A stretch of 64,000 nucleotides of DNA from Kiritimatiellia bacterium (GTDB lineage: Bacteria > Verrucomicrobiota > Kiritimatiellia > JAAZAB01), in the NCBI GenBank assembly GCA_028718125.1, contig JAQUMN010000017.1, positions 8,401-72,400 of the forward strand. Reading direction: 5' to 3'. Shown piece after piece: positions 19,592 to 29,124 of this stretch. The notes below the pieces were generated by a model. That model saw only the letters and a program-made list of their open reading frames with translations, made no database searches and was not told where the DNA came from. Positions within the stretch are counted from its first letter, which is position 1. Each line of letters opens with the position of its first letter. The translations under genes and the position numbers were made by a program.

Positions 19592-20419
19592 TTATATCCT
19601 TTGCAGCACCCATGACAACCCCTGCTTATCGTGAAGCGGCGAGTCATGATCGCCGCCAGGGATTTCATGATAGAAAAAGTTTTTTTTATCACGCAACAGT
19701 TCTGCCAGGATGCGCGACTGCTCCACGGGAATGATTCGATCGGCACCTCCATGCGTCAGATAAACCGGCATAGCAAGCCGGTTGACGTTGGCTTGAGCGG
19801 AGTGGCGGCGATAAATTTCCGGCGCATGGTCGGGATCGGCGCCGTAGGCCGTGAGGATGGCATCGGCAATTTCGCGCAGGATCGGCAGGGTTTGCGTTGT
19901 GCACCACCGGTAATAGCTGCCCACGTCGGACGCGACCCCCCGCGCCACAATTCCGGCGACGTCGCCCGGATATAAAACGCCGTAAATTAAATTGCCGGTT
20001 CCGCCCATTGACCCGGAGCAAAAAATAGTTTTTTGCATGCCGAATTCCGCGCGTAAAAAATCCAGAACGGCATGCATGTCGGCTGCAGCCGCCGGACACA
20101 TCCAGGCGTTGTCGCGCAAATTCAGGGTTATGATGCCGGCTCCGGTGTCCAGAAAATCCGGCAGCCATTTTTCGCGCACATCGCGCCGTGTATAAAGCTG
20201 GTCGCCGTGCGAGCCGTGTCCATGCAGCACCACGGTCCAAAGCTCGTGCCGTTTACCCGGCCGCAACAGGGCCCAATCCGGCGCGTCATCCACAGCGCTC
20301 GCATAATCCAGACGCTGCATACCTGCAGGAAAAAACGCGCCGGATACCGGCTGTAATTGCAAAATTTTAATTTTGTGTATCTTCCCTGCGTGGTTATTTT
20401 GCCATTCCGGCATTCTCAA
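19592..20419 (-). CDS. Alpha/beta-hydrolase (esterase/peptidase S9-like), paralog A
   Basis: GxSxG elbow 'GSMGG' and a conserved 'HGGADRIIP' near the C-terminus. Paralogous to 22547..23365 and 23368..24204. Confidence 0.65.
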   Translation of the reverse strand: MRMPEWQNNHAGKIHKIKILQLQPVSGAFFPAGMQRLDYASAVDDAPDWALLRPGKRHELWTVVLHGHGSHGDQLYTRRDVREKWLPDFLDTGAGIITLNLRDNAWMCPAAAADMHAVLDFLRAEFGMQKTIFCSGSMGGTGNLIYGVLYPGDVAGIVARGVASDVGSYYRWCTTQTLPILREIADAILTAYGADPDHAPEIYRRHSAQANVNRLAMPVYLTHGGADRIIPVEQSRILAELLRDKKNFFYHEIPGGDHDSPLHDKQGLSWVLQRI

Positions 20420-22013
20420 GAATTTTCCGCATGTTGGCGCCCAACCCGGGGATCAAGTCGGCATCCGGCAGCGGCATGGAAAGGTAGCGCCCAAGTTCCC
20501 AGGCCTGATCGTGCGCGGCGGTATCGGAGCCGAACAAAACGCGGTTTTTGCCGACCAATTGCAGCGAGGTTTCGAACGGCCGCGGCGTGGTGAAAGTACC
20601 GCAGAATTCCAGATAAACGTTTGGGTGCGCCTGGGCCAAGGCCTCGGCTTCCAGGCGGCCTGCGGTGCCGCCGCCGGAATGTCCCAGGATGAACGTTGCG
20701 TGCGGATATTGCATCACAATATCCTTTAACAGTGCGGGTGAATTGTATTTGTCATCCCAGGTATGCAGCAGAATCGGCCGTTGATGCCGGTCCGCATGTT
20801 CCCATACCGGCTGGTAACGCGGGTCGGTGGCGGGAATCTTCCAATAGGATGGCAGCAGTTTGAATCCCACAAAAAAACCGCGCTGGAAAAACTCGTCCAG
20901 CCGGGGGATCATCTCCCCGGCATATAACGGATTGAAAACCAGGTAACCCGAAAACCGGTCGCCGTGCTTTAACAGGATATCTTCCACCTCGCGATTGCCT
21001 CGATAGTTTTCGCCAAACAAGGCGGCTTCGGGAGAAAGGATCAGGCGCCGGACGCCCAAGCGATCCATCTGGGCAATCAGGGCGGCAATCCCGCTTTGGT
21101 AATCTTGCTGCCGGATGACCCATCCGCGCGTATGCGGCGGCGAATGGCCATGGGCATCAATGATTTCAACGTCCTTAATCGGCTTGCCTTCGCGCAAAAC
21201 ATTCCACAGCGGCTTTTGTTGCAGCAGCGCCGGGGGCCGGGTTATTTTCCCTGTGAGCGGGTCAAGCTTCAACAGGCGCTCGATATTGCCGTGCGCAATC
21301 TCATCGCGCTGGGCATCATCCAGCCGCGCATGCATGAGGGCGGCAATGGCGGCGCCGTAGTGCGATTTATAACCAATGCCGAAAAGCACGCGTGTGGCGC
21401 CGAAATTTTCGGTCAGAAGTTCAATTGTGTCGCGCATATGCAGCCAGGAAGTATCCACATAGACATTCGGACAGCGCCACATCAGGTCCAGGACGCTGCC
21501 GAACCCGCCCCACATTTTTTGGGTTATCACGAAGGAAATTTGCGGGAAGGTCCGCGCCAGGTGTTCCATGTCGCGGATGTCCAGCTCGTCATGGCCATGC
21601 CGGCAATCCCAGAACAGCGCCGGCTTGAATTGCGCCAGCTCGGAGAGCACCCGCTCAATCTCGCGGATCGGAAAGCGCGACATGTCCGGGGTGATGCGCA
21701 GGGCCCGCACCCGGCCTGCGCCAAATTGCGCCCGCAGAAAATCCGAAATTCCGTTTTCAAAAAAACAAGCCGGGGTGACGATAAACGTCGGCAAAAGGCG
21801 TTGTTCCAGGCCCGCCTCCGCGATTTCCTGCAGCAAACGCCGGTTGCCCAGCATGGGATTAAGATCGCGCGCCGCGACATGCCACACGAGCGAGCGGTCA
21901 ATCCCTAGATAATCCAAATGCGCCGCAAACGATGCCGCCGTTGGAAACTGGGGCTCCTCATAAGCGCCGCGCCCGATATGGCCATTGACATTGAACAAAG
22001 ACAGGTTTTTCAT
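20394..22013 (-). CDS. Amidohydrolase-2 family protein (two tandem metal-dependent TIM-barrel hydrolase domains)
   Basis: 539 aa with 'HxH...H...D' style motifs repeated in the N- and C-halves ('IDAHGHSPPH', 'ILGHSGGG'). Confidence 0.6.
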   Translation of the reverse strand: MKNLSLFNVNGHIGRGAYEEPQFPTAASFAAHLDYLGIDRSLVWHVAARDLNPMLGNRRLLQEIAEAGLEQRLLPTFIVTPACFFENGISDFLRAQFGAGRVRALRITPDMSRFPIREIERVLSELAQFKPALFWDCRHGHDELDIRDMEHLARTFPQISFVITQKMWGGFGSVLDLMWRCPNVYVDTSWLHMRDTIELLTENFGATRVLFGIGYKSHYGAAIAALMHARLDDAQRDEIAHGNIERLLKLDPLTGKITRPPALLQQKPLWNVLREGKPIKDVEIIDAHGHSPPHTRGWVIRQQDYQSGIAALIAQMDRLGVRRLILSPEAALFGENYRGNREVEDILLKHGDRFSGYLVFNPLYAGEMIPRLDEFFQRGFFVGFKLLPSYWKIPATDPRYQPVWEHADRHQRPILLHTWDDKYNSPALLKDIVMQYPHATFILGHSGGGTAGRLEAEALAQAHPNVYLEFCGTFTTPRPFETSLQLVGKNRVLFGSDTAAHDQAWELGRYLSMPLPDADLIPGLGANMRKILENAGMAK

Positions 22014-22110
22014 GAAAAATCCTGAATATCATACGTATGCGTGCTTTGCAAGCAATCCGATAAATTCCAAGTTCCACAATCAAAATTCCAGGGAATATTC
22101 AAATTCTAAT

Positions 22111-22310
22111 TAAATGCATAGGAATTTTCCGCCGGAGGCGGATCCGCCTATGACGGACAATCCGTCTTTGTTGTCATTCCGAGCGTAGCGAGGAATCTCG
22201 CCGCGAGAGATCCCTTCGACTTCGTTCAGGGCAGGCTCTTCATTGCGTTCAGGATGACAATCCGAACAGAATAAAAGTCGCCCCGCCTTGCGGGGCCTAA
22301 TTTGAAAAAA
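22111..22310 (+). repeat. Interspersed repeat family 1, copy C; an inverted partial copy of its 5' module lies at 22436-22492
   Basis: Near-identical to copies A and B. The downstream inverted 'GATAGGAAACAGGAATTTTTCCGCCCTGGCGGATGCGCACAGGCGGAAC' (rc) resembles the element's 5' end. Confidence 0.75.
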
Positions 22311-22546
22311 TGAATCCTGGTTTTATTTCTGTTTTGTTCCCTTTGCCTTAATCGATTGCATTTCCTTGGAATTTGAAACTTGGATTCGGGAGTTTCGGCC
22401 GTGTGACCGATCCTAGCCCATTCCATATCCGTGCCATCCGTAGTTCCGCCTGTGCGCATCCGCCAGGGCGGAAAAATTCCTGTTTCCTATCGCAGATCAC
22501 TATCCTTTCGTTGCTTCTGTGCGCTCTGCCTGCTCTCCGCGCCTTA

Positions 22547-23365
22547 TCATGACCGGATGCGCAACGTATCCAGGTCGATGTCCACCCAGAGGGCCGAATC
22601 ATGATTGCCCTGCGGTACCTCGTGGTAGACAAAATTTGGCTTTCCTTTCATGGCGGCGGCGATCTTGCGTGTTTCCACAACCGGGATCAGGGGATCGTTT
22701 CCGCCCATAGTGAGAATGATCGGCATGGTCAATTTGTTGATATGGGCCAATACGGAGCGCTCTTCGTACAGGTGTGGTTTTTCCTCCGGCGTTCCGCCGT
22801 AAGCGCTAAAGACGGTTTTTGTAAGCTCTTGGAGCACCGGCTTATTGCTGTTGCGTGCGAAATCCAGCCGCTGGAGGATGTCGCACATGCCCATGGCAAT
22901 GACCCCGTGAATGTTTTCCGGATGGATCACGGCGTAGGCCATGGCGCTGGAGGCCCCGCCCGAGCCGCCCAGCAATACGATATTCACGCATCCCAGTTTG
23001 TTCCGCGCGTAATCAAGCAAATCGGTCATGTCCGCTGTTACCGCCGGGTTCATGTAGGCGGTGCCCCGCATATTGAGCGACAGAAGAGGATGGCCGCCGT
23101 TCATTATCCGGGTAAGCCAGAAGGCGCGGACATCCTTGCGCGTAAATATCTGGTCAGCGTGTGAAAATGATCCGTGCAGGTAGACAATCGTATTCCTACG
23201 CTTATCACCGGGCAGGAAGAGCGCCCAGTCCTCTGCACCGTCGAAGGTGCTCTTGTACGTCAGCCGTATCGTCCCCGGCGGGTACTCGGCTCCGGCAACC
23301 GGCTGCGTGGATACGGCAATCATTTGCTTGCCCGCTTTCTGCTCCATAGCAATGGCCTTATTCAC
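22547..23365 (-). CDS. Alpha/beta-hydrolase, paralog B
   Basis: 'LLGGSGGAS' nucleophile elbow and 'MGGNDPLIP'. The N-terminus is similar to paralog A. Confidence 0.65.
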   Translation of the reverse strand: MNKAIAMEQKAGKQMIAVSTQPVAGAEYPPGTIRLTYKSTFDGAEDWALFLPGDKRRNTIVYLHGSFSHADQIFTRKDVRAFWLTRIMNGGHPLLSLNMRGTAYMNPAVTADMTDLLDYARNKLGCVNIVLLGGSGGASSAMAYAVIHPENIHGVIAMGMCDILQRLDFARNSNKPVLQELTKTVFSAYGGTPEEKPHLYEERSVLAHINKLTMPIILTMGGNDPLIPVVETRKIAAAMKGKPNFVYHEVPQGNHDSALWVDIDLDTLRIRS

Positions 23366-23367
23366 TT

Positions 23368-24204
23368 TTAGTTCTGTTCCCGGCCGCTGTTTCCGTATGC
23401 CTTGAAAATGAATTCAAGGGCCTGGGTGGTGTCTTCGTAGTTGGTTGTGTGTCCGGTGTCCTTGCGGTCAATCAACAGTGCTTCCCGCTTCATTGCCCGC
23501 AAGCGCTCCGCCAAACGACGGACGCTGTCCGGCGGGACGGATGTATCCTTGCCGCCCACGGTGAAGGCAACCGGCATGGTGAACTTGTCCGGAACCAGTT
23601 CCGGACTGCGTTTCCGGTATTCTTCCGGTTGCTCCTGCTTGTTGCCGCCGTATGCGACGGCAATTGCTGCCTGGAAGTTCAGATAATCCAGCATGTTGGC
23701 CGTGCCGTTTTGCGCACTGATCCCGGCCACCAGTTCGGGGTGCAGCGCGGCAAAAATCAGTGCCGAAGTTCCGCCCATGGACCCGCCCGCCAGGAAAACC
23801 TTGCGGACGCGGTGCTTGTTGCGGAGCAAGGCAATGATCTGCAACAGGTCGGCCTCGGCTTTCGGCCCCATCCACGAAGTGGATGCCCGGTAGTCCGGCG
23901 ACACCATGATCATCGCGTGCCGGGCGGCAAAATCGCGAACCGCCTTGCACTCGCTACGCTCATCCTTGATGTATTGCCAGCGATCGGAACCATGCCCATG
24001 CAAGGCGATCACGACGTCGTAAGGCATGGATGGCCGGAAATCTTTGGGGAGTATTTCCACGTAACGTTGCGCGGTCCCGTCCACGTCAGCCTTGAACTCC
24101 ACGTCCACAGGCTTCCCAGGATCGCCCGCCGTGAGGGAGGTCCCGATTGGGGCCTTTGAGCCGAAAATGGTCATAATAACAGACCATGATAGCGCTAATT
24201 TCAT
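23368..24204 (-). CDS. Alpha/beta-hydrolase, paralog C
   Basis: 'LAGGSMGGTS' elbow and 'VGGKDTSVP'. Only 2 nt separate it from paralog B. Confidence 0.65.
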   Translation of the reverse strand: MKLALSWSVIMTIFGSKAPIGTSLTAGDPGKPVDVEFKADVDGTAQRYVEILPKDFRPSMPYDVVIALHGHGSDRWQYIKDERSECKAVRDFAARHAMIMVSPDYRASTSWMGPKAEADLLQIIALLRNKHRVRKVFLAGGSMGGTSALIFAALHPELVAGISAQNGTANMLDYLNFQAAIAVAYGGNKQEQPEEYRKRSPELVPDKFTMPVAFTVGGKDTSVPPDSVRRLAERLRAMKREALLIDRKDTGHTTNYEDTTQALEFIFKAYGNSGREQN

Positions 24205-24211
24205 AATAAAA

Positions 24212-25024
24212 TCAGTCCTTCAGGTGCGTCAGCGTCCGGCGCAGGCTTTCGGATGGTTCCAGCGTCGGCGTGTATTCCAGCGCGAAAATGCCCTTGTAGC
24301 CCATGGCTTCAATCTGGCGGACCAGGAAAGGATAATTGGTTTCGCCCAGCCAGAGCTCGTGCCGGCCGGGATAGCCCGCTGAATGAATATGGCCGATCAC
24401 ATCCAGGTTTTTGCGGATGTGGCCGGTCAGGTCGCCTTCCATGATTTGCATGTGGTAGCAATCGAACAGCAATTTCATGCGCGGCGAATTGACTTCGCGG
24501 CACATGGCGGCGCCCTCGTCGGAGCTGGTCAGGAAATAATTGGCATGGTCCACCTTGTCGTTGAGCACTTCAAGCAACAGCGTGATGTCGGCCTTTTCAG
24601 CCCGCTCCGCCGTGGCTTTCAGGCCATCCAGAACGTTCTTTTGCATTTGCGCGCGCGCGAGGCCCTTGACCAGGTTGCCGGTGCAGATTATCGCGGCGCC
24701 GATATTGGCCTCCTTGCAATATGCCAGCGTGGCATCGGTCTGTTTTAACCATTCCGTGCGGTGGGTGGCATCAGTTAGCCCGCCTCCCAGTTTGCCGTCC
24801 GGAGACCCGATCACAACGTTGGTCATGGTAACCCCGGCTTTTTCAGCGGCGGCGCGGATTTTTGCCGCGCGCTTAAATTTCCTGGCGTCATCCGCGCCCT
24901 TTGCAGGCGCGAGGTCGCCGAACCACATCTCGGCGAATGTAAAGCCAGCATTCGCGGCCAATTGGATGCGATCGAGGAACGGACGATCCGTGAAAACCAT
25001 TTCCAGACAAACGCCATAGTTCAT
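24212..25024 (-). CDS. Hydroxypyruvate isomerase-family protein (xylose-isomerase-like TIM barrel)
   Basis: 270 aa; 'LEMVF...FAEMWF' and 'LLLEVLN...EY' hallmarks of the Hyi/IolE-like family. Confidence 0.6.
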   Translation of the reverse strand: MNYGVCLEMVFTDRPFLDRIQLAANAGFTFAEMWFGDLAPAKGADDARKFKRAAKIRAAAEKAGVTMTNVVIGSPDGKLGGGLTDATHRTEWLKQTDATLAYCKEANIGAAIICTGNLVKGLARAQMQKNVLDGLKATAERAEKADITLLLEVLNDKVDHANYFLTSSDEGAAMCREVNSPRMKLLFDCYHMQIMEGDLTGHIRKNLDVIGHIHSAGYPGRHELWLGETNYPFLVRQIEAMGYKGIFALEYTPTLEPSESLRRTLTHLKD

Positions 25025-25157
25025 TGCATGCCTCCTTTTTTTATTGTTAGGAATTTCAAAATCACGCGGCTACAGTAGAAACTTTTCAGAATGTAACTAC
25101 CACTCGGTTGGGGCGTCTGCAAAGTTAACCCGTTCCTCGGGGCTTAATTTAATCTGA

Positions 25158-27782
25158 TCAGAAATATATTACCACATCAGCCTTGCCCTTGAAGGGCGTG
25201 ATGCGCACCGTTTCATGTTTTGCGTCGTAAACGCCGCCTTCAACTTTTATGGCTTTGCGTCCTTCGGGATGCGGCACACGAATAAGCACTGTCTTCGGCT
25301 TGCGGTTGCCGTCGCACTCCACGTGGGCGCTAATCCGGTTGCGGTTAAGCTGCGATTCGACGGCGAACGTCAGCGGCCCGAAATAGCTGGCCACCCGGTT
25401 TAGCCGGATTGCTTGGCCGTCCGCGAGCCATGCGCGCGGGATGGCGCTTAACAGGCGCAAGTCCTTGCCATCCTCCAGCCAGAGCATCCAGCGCGTCTGC
25501 ATCAGAAACCAGGCCTCTTCGTGGGTCTTGTGCTGACTGGCGCCAAGGTAATGTTCCCAGAATGTGTAGGTTCCCCGGTCTTGGAGGGCGGTGAATTGAT
25601 TATAGTAAGTTTTGAGGAACGCCTTGACTTCACCGCGCTTAAGGTGGATGTAGTCATGGCGGCAATAGTAGGGCTGGCTCAAGCCGGCATTGCGCACAGT
25701 CATCAGTGCCTGGTGCGACTTCAGCGGGAATTCCGTGCCAAGCTCATTCGCATCGAGCACCTCCGAAATAACCAGGTACAGGGAGCCGATAAGCGAGTCC
25801 CGTCCGCTGAATGTTCCGTGGGTGAACCACTTGCCGCCCTCGGCATAAAGCGCCAGCGCCCCGGGGTATTCGGTCCAGGGCGGCGCCGATGAAACCCATG
25901 TCCCGTCCCCGATGGGAACAACCGGCGACCGGGCAAGGGCCTCGTAAAAAGCCGCCCGGATATCCTGCTTGAACTCGCGCGCTTCCCGGGCCAGGCGCCG
26001 GGATGCTTGCGGATCGATGTTAGCCAGCATTTCCGCAACACGCTGGATGCCGACATAAGAAAGGCCGTTCAGCATGAAGGAATGGAAAAAATCCTGGGGG
26101 TCGGCGACCTTGCCGTCAAGCAACCCGTAACCCTTGCCGCGCAGTTCCGGCTTCTTGTTCCGTTCCCGCCAGGCGAGCAGGTATTCGCAGGCCTTGAGCA
26201 GGTTCGGCCGGATTCGCTTCACCCAGGCAATGTCGCGGGTGTAGCGGAAATGTTCGCCCATGGTCCAGAGGGCCGGCCCGGTTTCCAGTTGATACCCGTT
26301 AAAATTCTGGATGAAACCATCCTCCCGCTGGCGGTTGAAAAAAAACTGTAACGCGCGCTCGGCCAGGTGATGCCAGCCCATCGAATCGAAAAACTGGATG
26401 ATGGGCGCGCTTTCCGAGCCGATCGGCGAGTACCAGCCGATCGTGGCCAGCGCGGCGCCATCCGGCTCCTTGCCAAGTGTGGTAATGTCGCAGTGCAACA
26501 GGCCCGCCTGGATGCGTTCGTTGATCGCCCGCTCCGGGACGTGGATTGATGCGGCAGCGGACAGCTTGGCGCGCCAGAATTTCCGGCAGGCATTGAGGTG
26601 TGCGTCAAAATCGAGCTTGGACAGTTTGGCGGCGCGCGCGCGCGGCAGCGGTTGATGGGGAATCAATATTTCAAATATGGCTGTCTCCCCCGGCTGGAGC
26701 AGAACCGCCATTTCCTCTTCGGGCATGGGCGCGCCATTGAGGCGATGGATGGCGAACACGCGTCCTGATTCCAGGATGCCATAGCCGTTTGCGCTTTGAT
26801 AGCCCGCCGGTTTAAGCAGACGCGCTCCATAGAAAGACCCGCCTTTGAACCATGCGTATTGCGGAGTGCGCTCCGTGTTCACCGCCGCGATGCGGATGAC
26901 ACAGACTGTTTCCTCGTCGCGCGCGCGCATTTCAGCGCGCAATAGATCCTTAAGTTTCTCCCGTTCCTCCGGCGTAAGCATGTTGCCGCCGGTATTGGGA
27001 TAACATGCGGTCCATTCGGAACCGCGCACGGCATTGGCCGAGAGCGGGCGATTTTCCAGGGTACAGAAGACGGTAAGATGATAATGGACATTTTCTTCGC
27101 GCTGCGTCGAGCGCAGGATGGGCAGGACGCCATCCTCCAGGCGCCGCGTGATGTCATACCGGCAGGAATTGCCCGGGCCAACCACGAATCCGATACTATA
27201 AGGCTTGTCGCCCGATTCCGGAATATTTTGAAGCGTGGAGTGATAGCGCGGCTGGACATATCCCCAGTAACCCAATTTGGGGTCGTAGCCTACTTCGAAA
27301 AAACGCATGTCGCGGCCAAGTCCCAACCAGGTAGGACACATCAGGTCCCGATTGCCGCGGCAGGCATTTTCGTAAGTTTCCTCCGGCTCCAGCTCGATTT
27401 GTTGAGATTTGCCTACAAAGCCCAGTTCGCGAATTTCCGCTTCGATTTCGGTATAAGATCGCCGATCAGCAGCTTCCGTGATCATGACGCCGTAGGCAGG
27501 AATATAGATCGGATGATCCCGGTTGATATCCCGCACAAAGCATGTGAACGCGTGCGGTTTGCCGGTAACGGTCAGACGGGTGGCAAATGCCCCGGCCTTC
27601 AATTGGGCATCGGCTATCCGGCATTCCAGCCGCACGGGACCTTTAGCCTGAATCCTGCCTTTTCCCGAAACGCGCCCCTTGCCTTGGACAATCCGGACTG
27701 ACTGTAATTGCCCATGCACAACGGTCAGTTCCGCTTGCACCGGCCCCGATTGCCACTCAAGGGCAATACATTTGGTTTTCAT
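25158..27782 (-). CDS. Large hydrolase-like protein, paralog 2
   Basis: Paralog of 16928..19567. Start placed at 'MKTKCIALEWQ' (27780-27782), immediately after the upstream gene's stop. The longer track ORF would overlap that gene by 134 nt. Confidence 0.55.
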   Translation of the reverse strand: MKTKCIALEWQSGPVQAELTVVHGQLQSVRIVQGKGRVSGKGRIQAKGPVRLECRIADAQLKAGAFATRLTVTGKPHAFTCFVRDINRDHPIYIPAYGVMITEAADRRSYTEIEAEIRELGFVGKSQQIELEPEETYENACRGNRDLMCPTWLGLGRDMRFFEVGYDPKLGYWGYVQPRYHSTLQNIPESGDKPYSIGFVVGPGNSCRYDITRRLEDGVLPILRSTQREENVHYHLTVFCTLENRPLSANAVRGSEWTACYPNTGGNMLTPEEREKLKDLLRAEMRARDEETVCVIRIAAVNTERTPQYAWFKGGSFYGARLLKPAGYQSANGYGILESGRVFAIHRLNGAPMPEEEMAVLLQPGETAIFEILIPHQPLPRARAAKLSKLDFDAHLNACRKFWRAKLSAAASIHVPERAINERIQAGLLHCDITTLGKEPDGAALATIGWYSPIGSESAPIIQFFDSMGWHHLAERALQFFFNRQREDGFIQNFNGYQLETGPALWTMGEHFRYTRDIAWVKRIRPNLLKACEYLLAWRERNKKPELRGKGYGLLDGKVADPQDFFHSFMLNGLSYVGIQRVAEMLANIDPQASRRLAREAREFKQDIRAAFYEALARSPVVPIGDGTWVSSAPPWTEYPGALALYAEGGKWFTHGTFSGRDSLIGSLYLVISEVLDANELGTEFPLKSHQALMTVRNAGLSQPYYCRHDYIHLKRGEVKAFLKTYYNQFTALQDRGTYTFWEHYLGASQHKTHEEAWFLMQTRWMLWLEDGKDLRLLSAIPRAWLADGQAIRLNRVASYFGPLTFAVESQLNRNRISAHVECDGNRKPKTVLIRVPHPEGRKAIKVEGGVYDAKHETVRITPFKGKADVVIYF

Positions 27783-27792
27783 GAGACTCTGA

Positions 27793-29112
27793 TTACACCT
27801 TGGCCAGCACCTTGTTAATGCCCTCGGCAATGGCGCGGCAATCCGCGGCGGAATAATTGGCGCTGATGCCGATACTGACCACCCGCGAGAGATAATCGAG
27901 CGTCTGCGGGCACATATCCGGCGCATAAGCCGGCAGTTCCGACTTCTTTACGCCGCTCCAGGGCAGCCCGTCCGGGGCGACCGCTTTCTGTTCCATGATA
28001 TGGTCCCAGTGCGTGTAAATGTGCCAGTTCTTGATCTTGGCGTCGTAAATGCCGCCGGCCGGGACGCCTTCGGCCACCATGGCCTTCGTGGCCCACTTGG
28101 TTTTTTCCACGTCAGGCATAAACATCACCAGGGTCGTGCCGACAACGCCGTCAGGATCGGACAAACGCTGGAGCTTGACACCCCGGGGCAACTCCAAGGC
28201 GTTCATGATTCGTCCGAATGCCGTGCGGTAGCCCTTGACAATCTTGGCGGCCTTGCGGATTTGCGCCAGGGCCACCGCCCCCTGCAGTTCGCTCATGCGA
28301 TAATTTTCGCCGCAGAAAAGCTCGCCCTCGCGCCGTTCCGAGGCGAACCGGTTCGGGCGCCAGCAAGCGGCGCAATCGTGCCAGGACTGCGCGCGGGTGT
28401 GGAGCCACTCGTTGCTGGTCGTGATGAAGCCGCCTTCGCCGCTGTTCAAAACCTTGTAATAGTCAAAGCTGAAACAGCCGATTGTGCCGATGCTGCCCAG
28501 CATTTTGCCGCGATAGGATCCGCCCGCCGCCTGGGCCACGTCCTCGATCAGCGCAATCTTATTTTTGTCGGCCAGCGCTTTCAGTTCGGCCATCTGGGCC
28601 GGAAGCCCAAGCATATGCACGACGGCGATAGCCTTCGTGCGCGGCGTGATCCGTCGCGCGACATCTTTCGGGTCGAGGGTCAGCGTGTCATCCACGTCGG
28701 CGATCACGGGGATGGCGTTGCAGGCGCCCACCGCGGCGGCCGTGGCAAAAAACGTGTAGGCCGGCACGATGACTTCGTCGCCCATGCCGACGCCCACGGC
28801 CCGCATGGCGGCAATCAGGGCCGAGGTGCAGGAGTTAACGGCCAGGCAGTAGGGAACACCAATGTATTTGCCAAACGCCTTTTCGGCCGCCTCCACTTTG
28901 CTCGGGCGCGGGTTGTAATAGCGGAAGAGATGCGGCCCCTTGATATCCTTGGCCGATTTGCGAATGGCTGTCTCAACCGTTTTGCGTGCGGGCGCCGGGA
29001 GTTCCCAGAGATCGAGCACTTCCAGCAGTTCGTCCACGTGAATCTTGGTGGGGTGGGGCCCCATTTTACCAACAGCCTTTGCGCCGCCTTCGATGGCCAG
29101 TTGCTTGCTCAT
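27793..29112 (-). CDS. DegT/DnrJ/EryC1/StrS-family PLP-dependent sugar aminotransferase/dehydratase
   Basis: 439 aa. 'AVNSCTSAL', 'DEVIVPAYTFFAT' and 'SFDYYKVL' (PLP-lysine region) are characteristic. The SD 'GGGAGA' sits 8 nt upstream of the ATG. Confidence 0.8.
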   Translation of the reverse strand: MSKQLAIEGGAKAVGKMGPHPTKIHVDELLEVLDLWELPAPARKTVETAIRKSAKDIKGPHLFRYYNPRPSKVEAAEKAFGKYIGVPYCLAVNSCTSALIAAMRAVGVGMGDEVIVPAYTFFATAAAVGACNAIPVIADVDDTLTLDPKDVARRITPRTKAIAVVHMLGLPAQMAELKALADKNKIALIEDVAQAAGGSYRGKMLGSIGTIGCFSFDYYKVLNSGEGGFITTSNEWLHTRAQSWHDCAACWRPNRFASERREGELFCGENYRMSELQGAVALAQIRKAAKIVKGYRTAFGRIMNALELPRGVKLQRLSDPDGVVGTTLVMFMPDVEKTKWATKAMVAEGVPAGGIYDAKIKNWHIYTHWDHIMEQKAVAPDGLPWSGVKKSELPAYAPDMCPQTLDYLSRVVSIGISANYSAADCRAIAEGINKVLAKV

Positions 29113-29124
29113 GGTGTGATCTCC

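Noticed and set aside
25158-27926. Full-length track ORF (922 aa) for paralog 2, and 16928..19588 for paralog 1
   Set aside because: The N-terminal extensions are Arg-rich and, for paralog 2, would overlap the upstream aminotransferase by 134 nt. The paralog alignment begins at MKTKCIALEW / MKITVLFGR.
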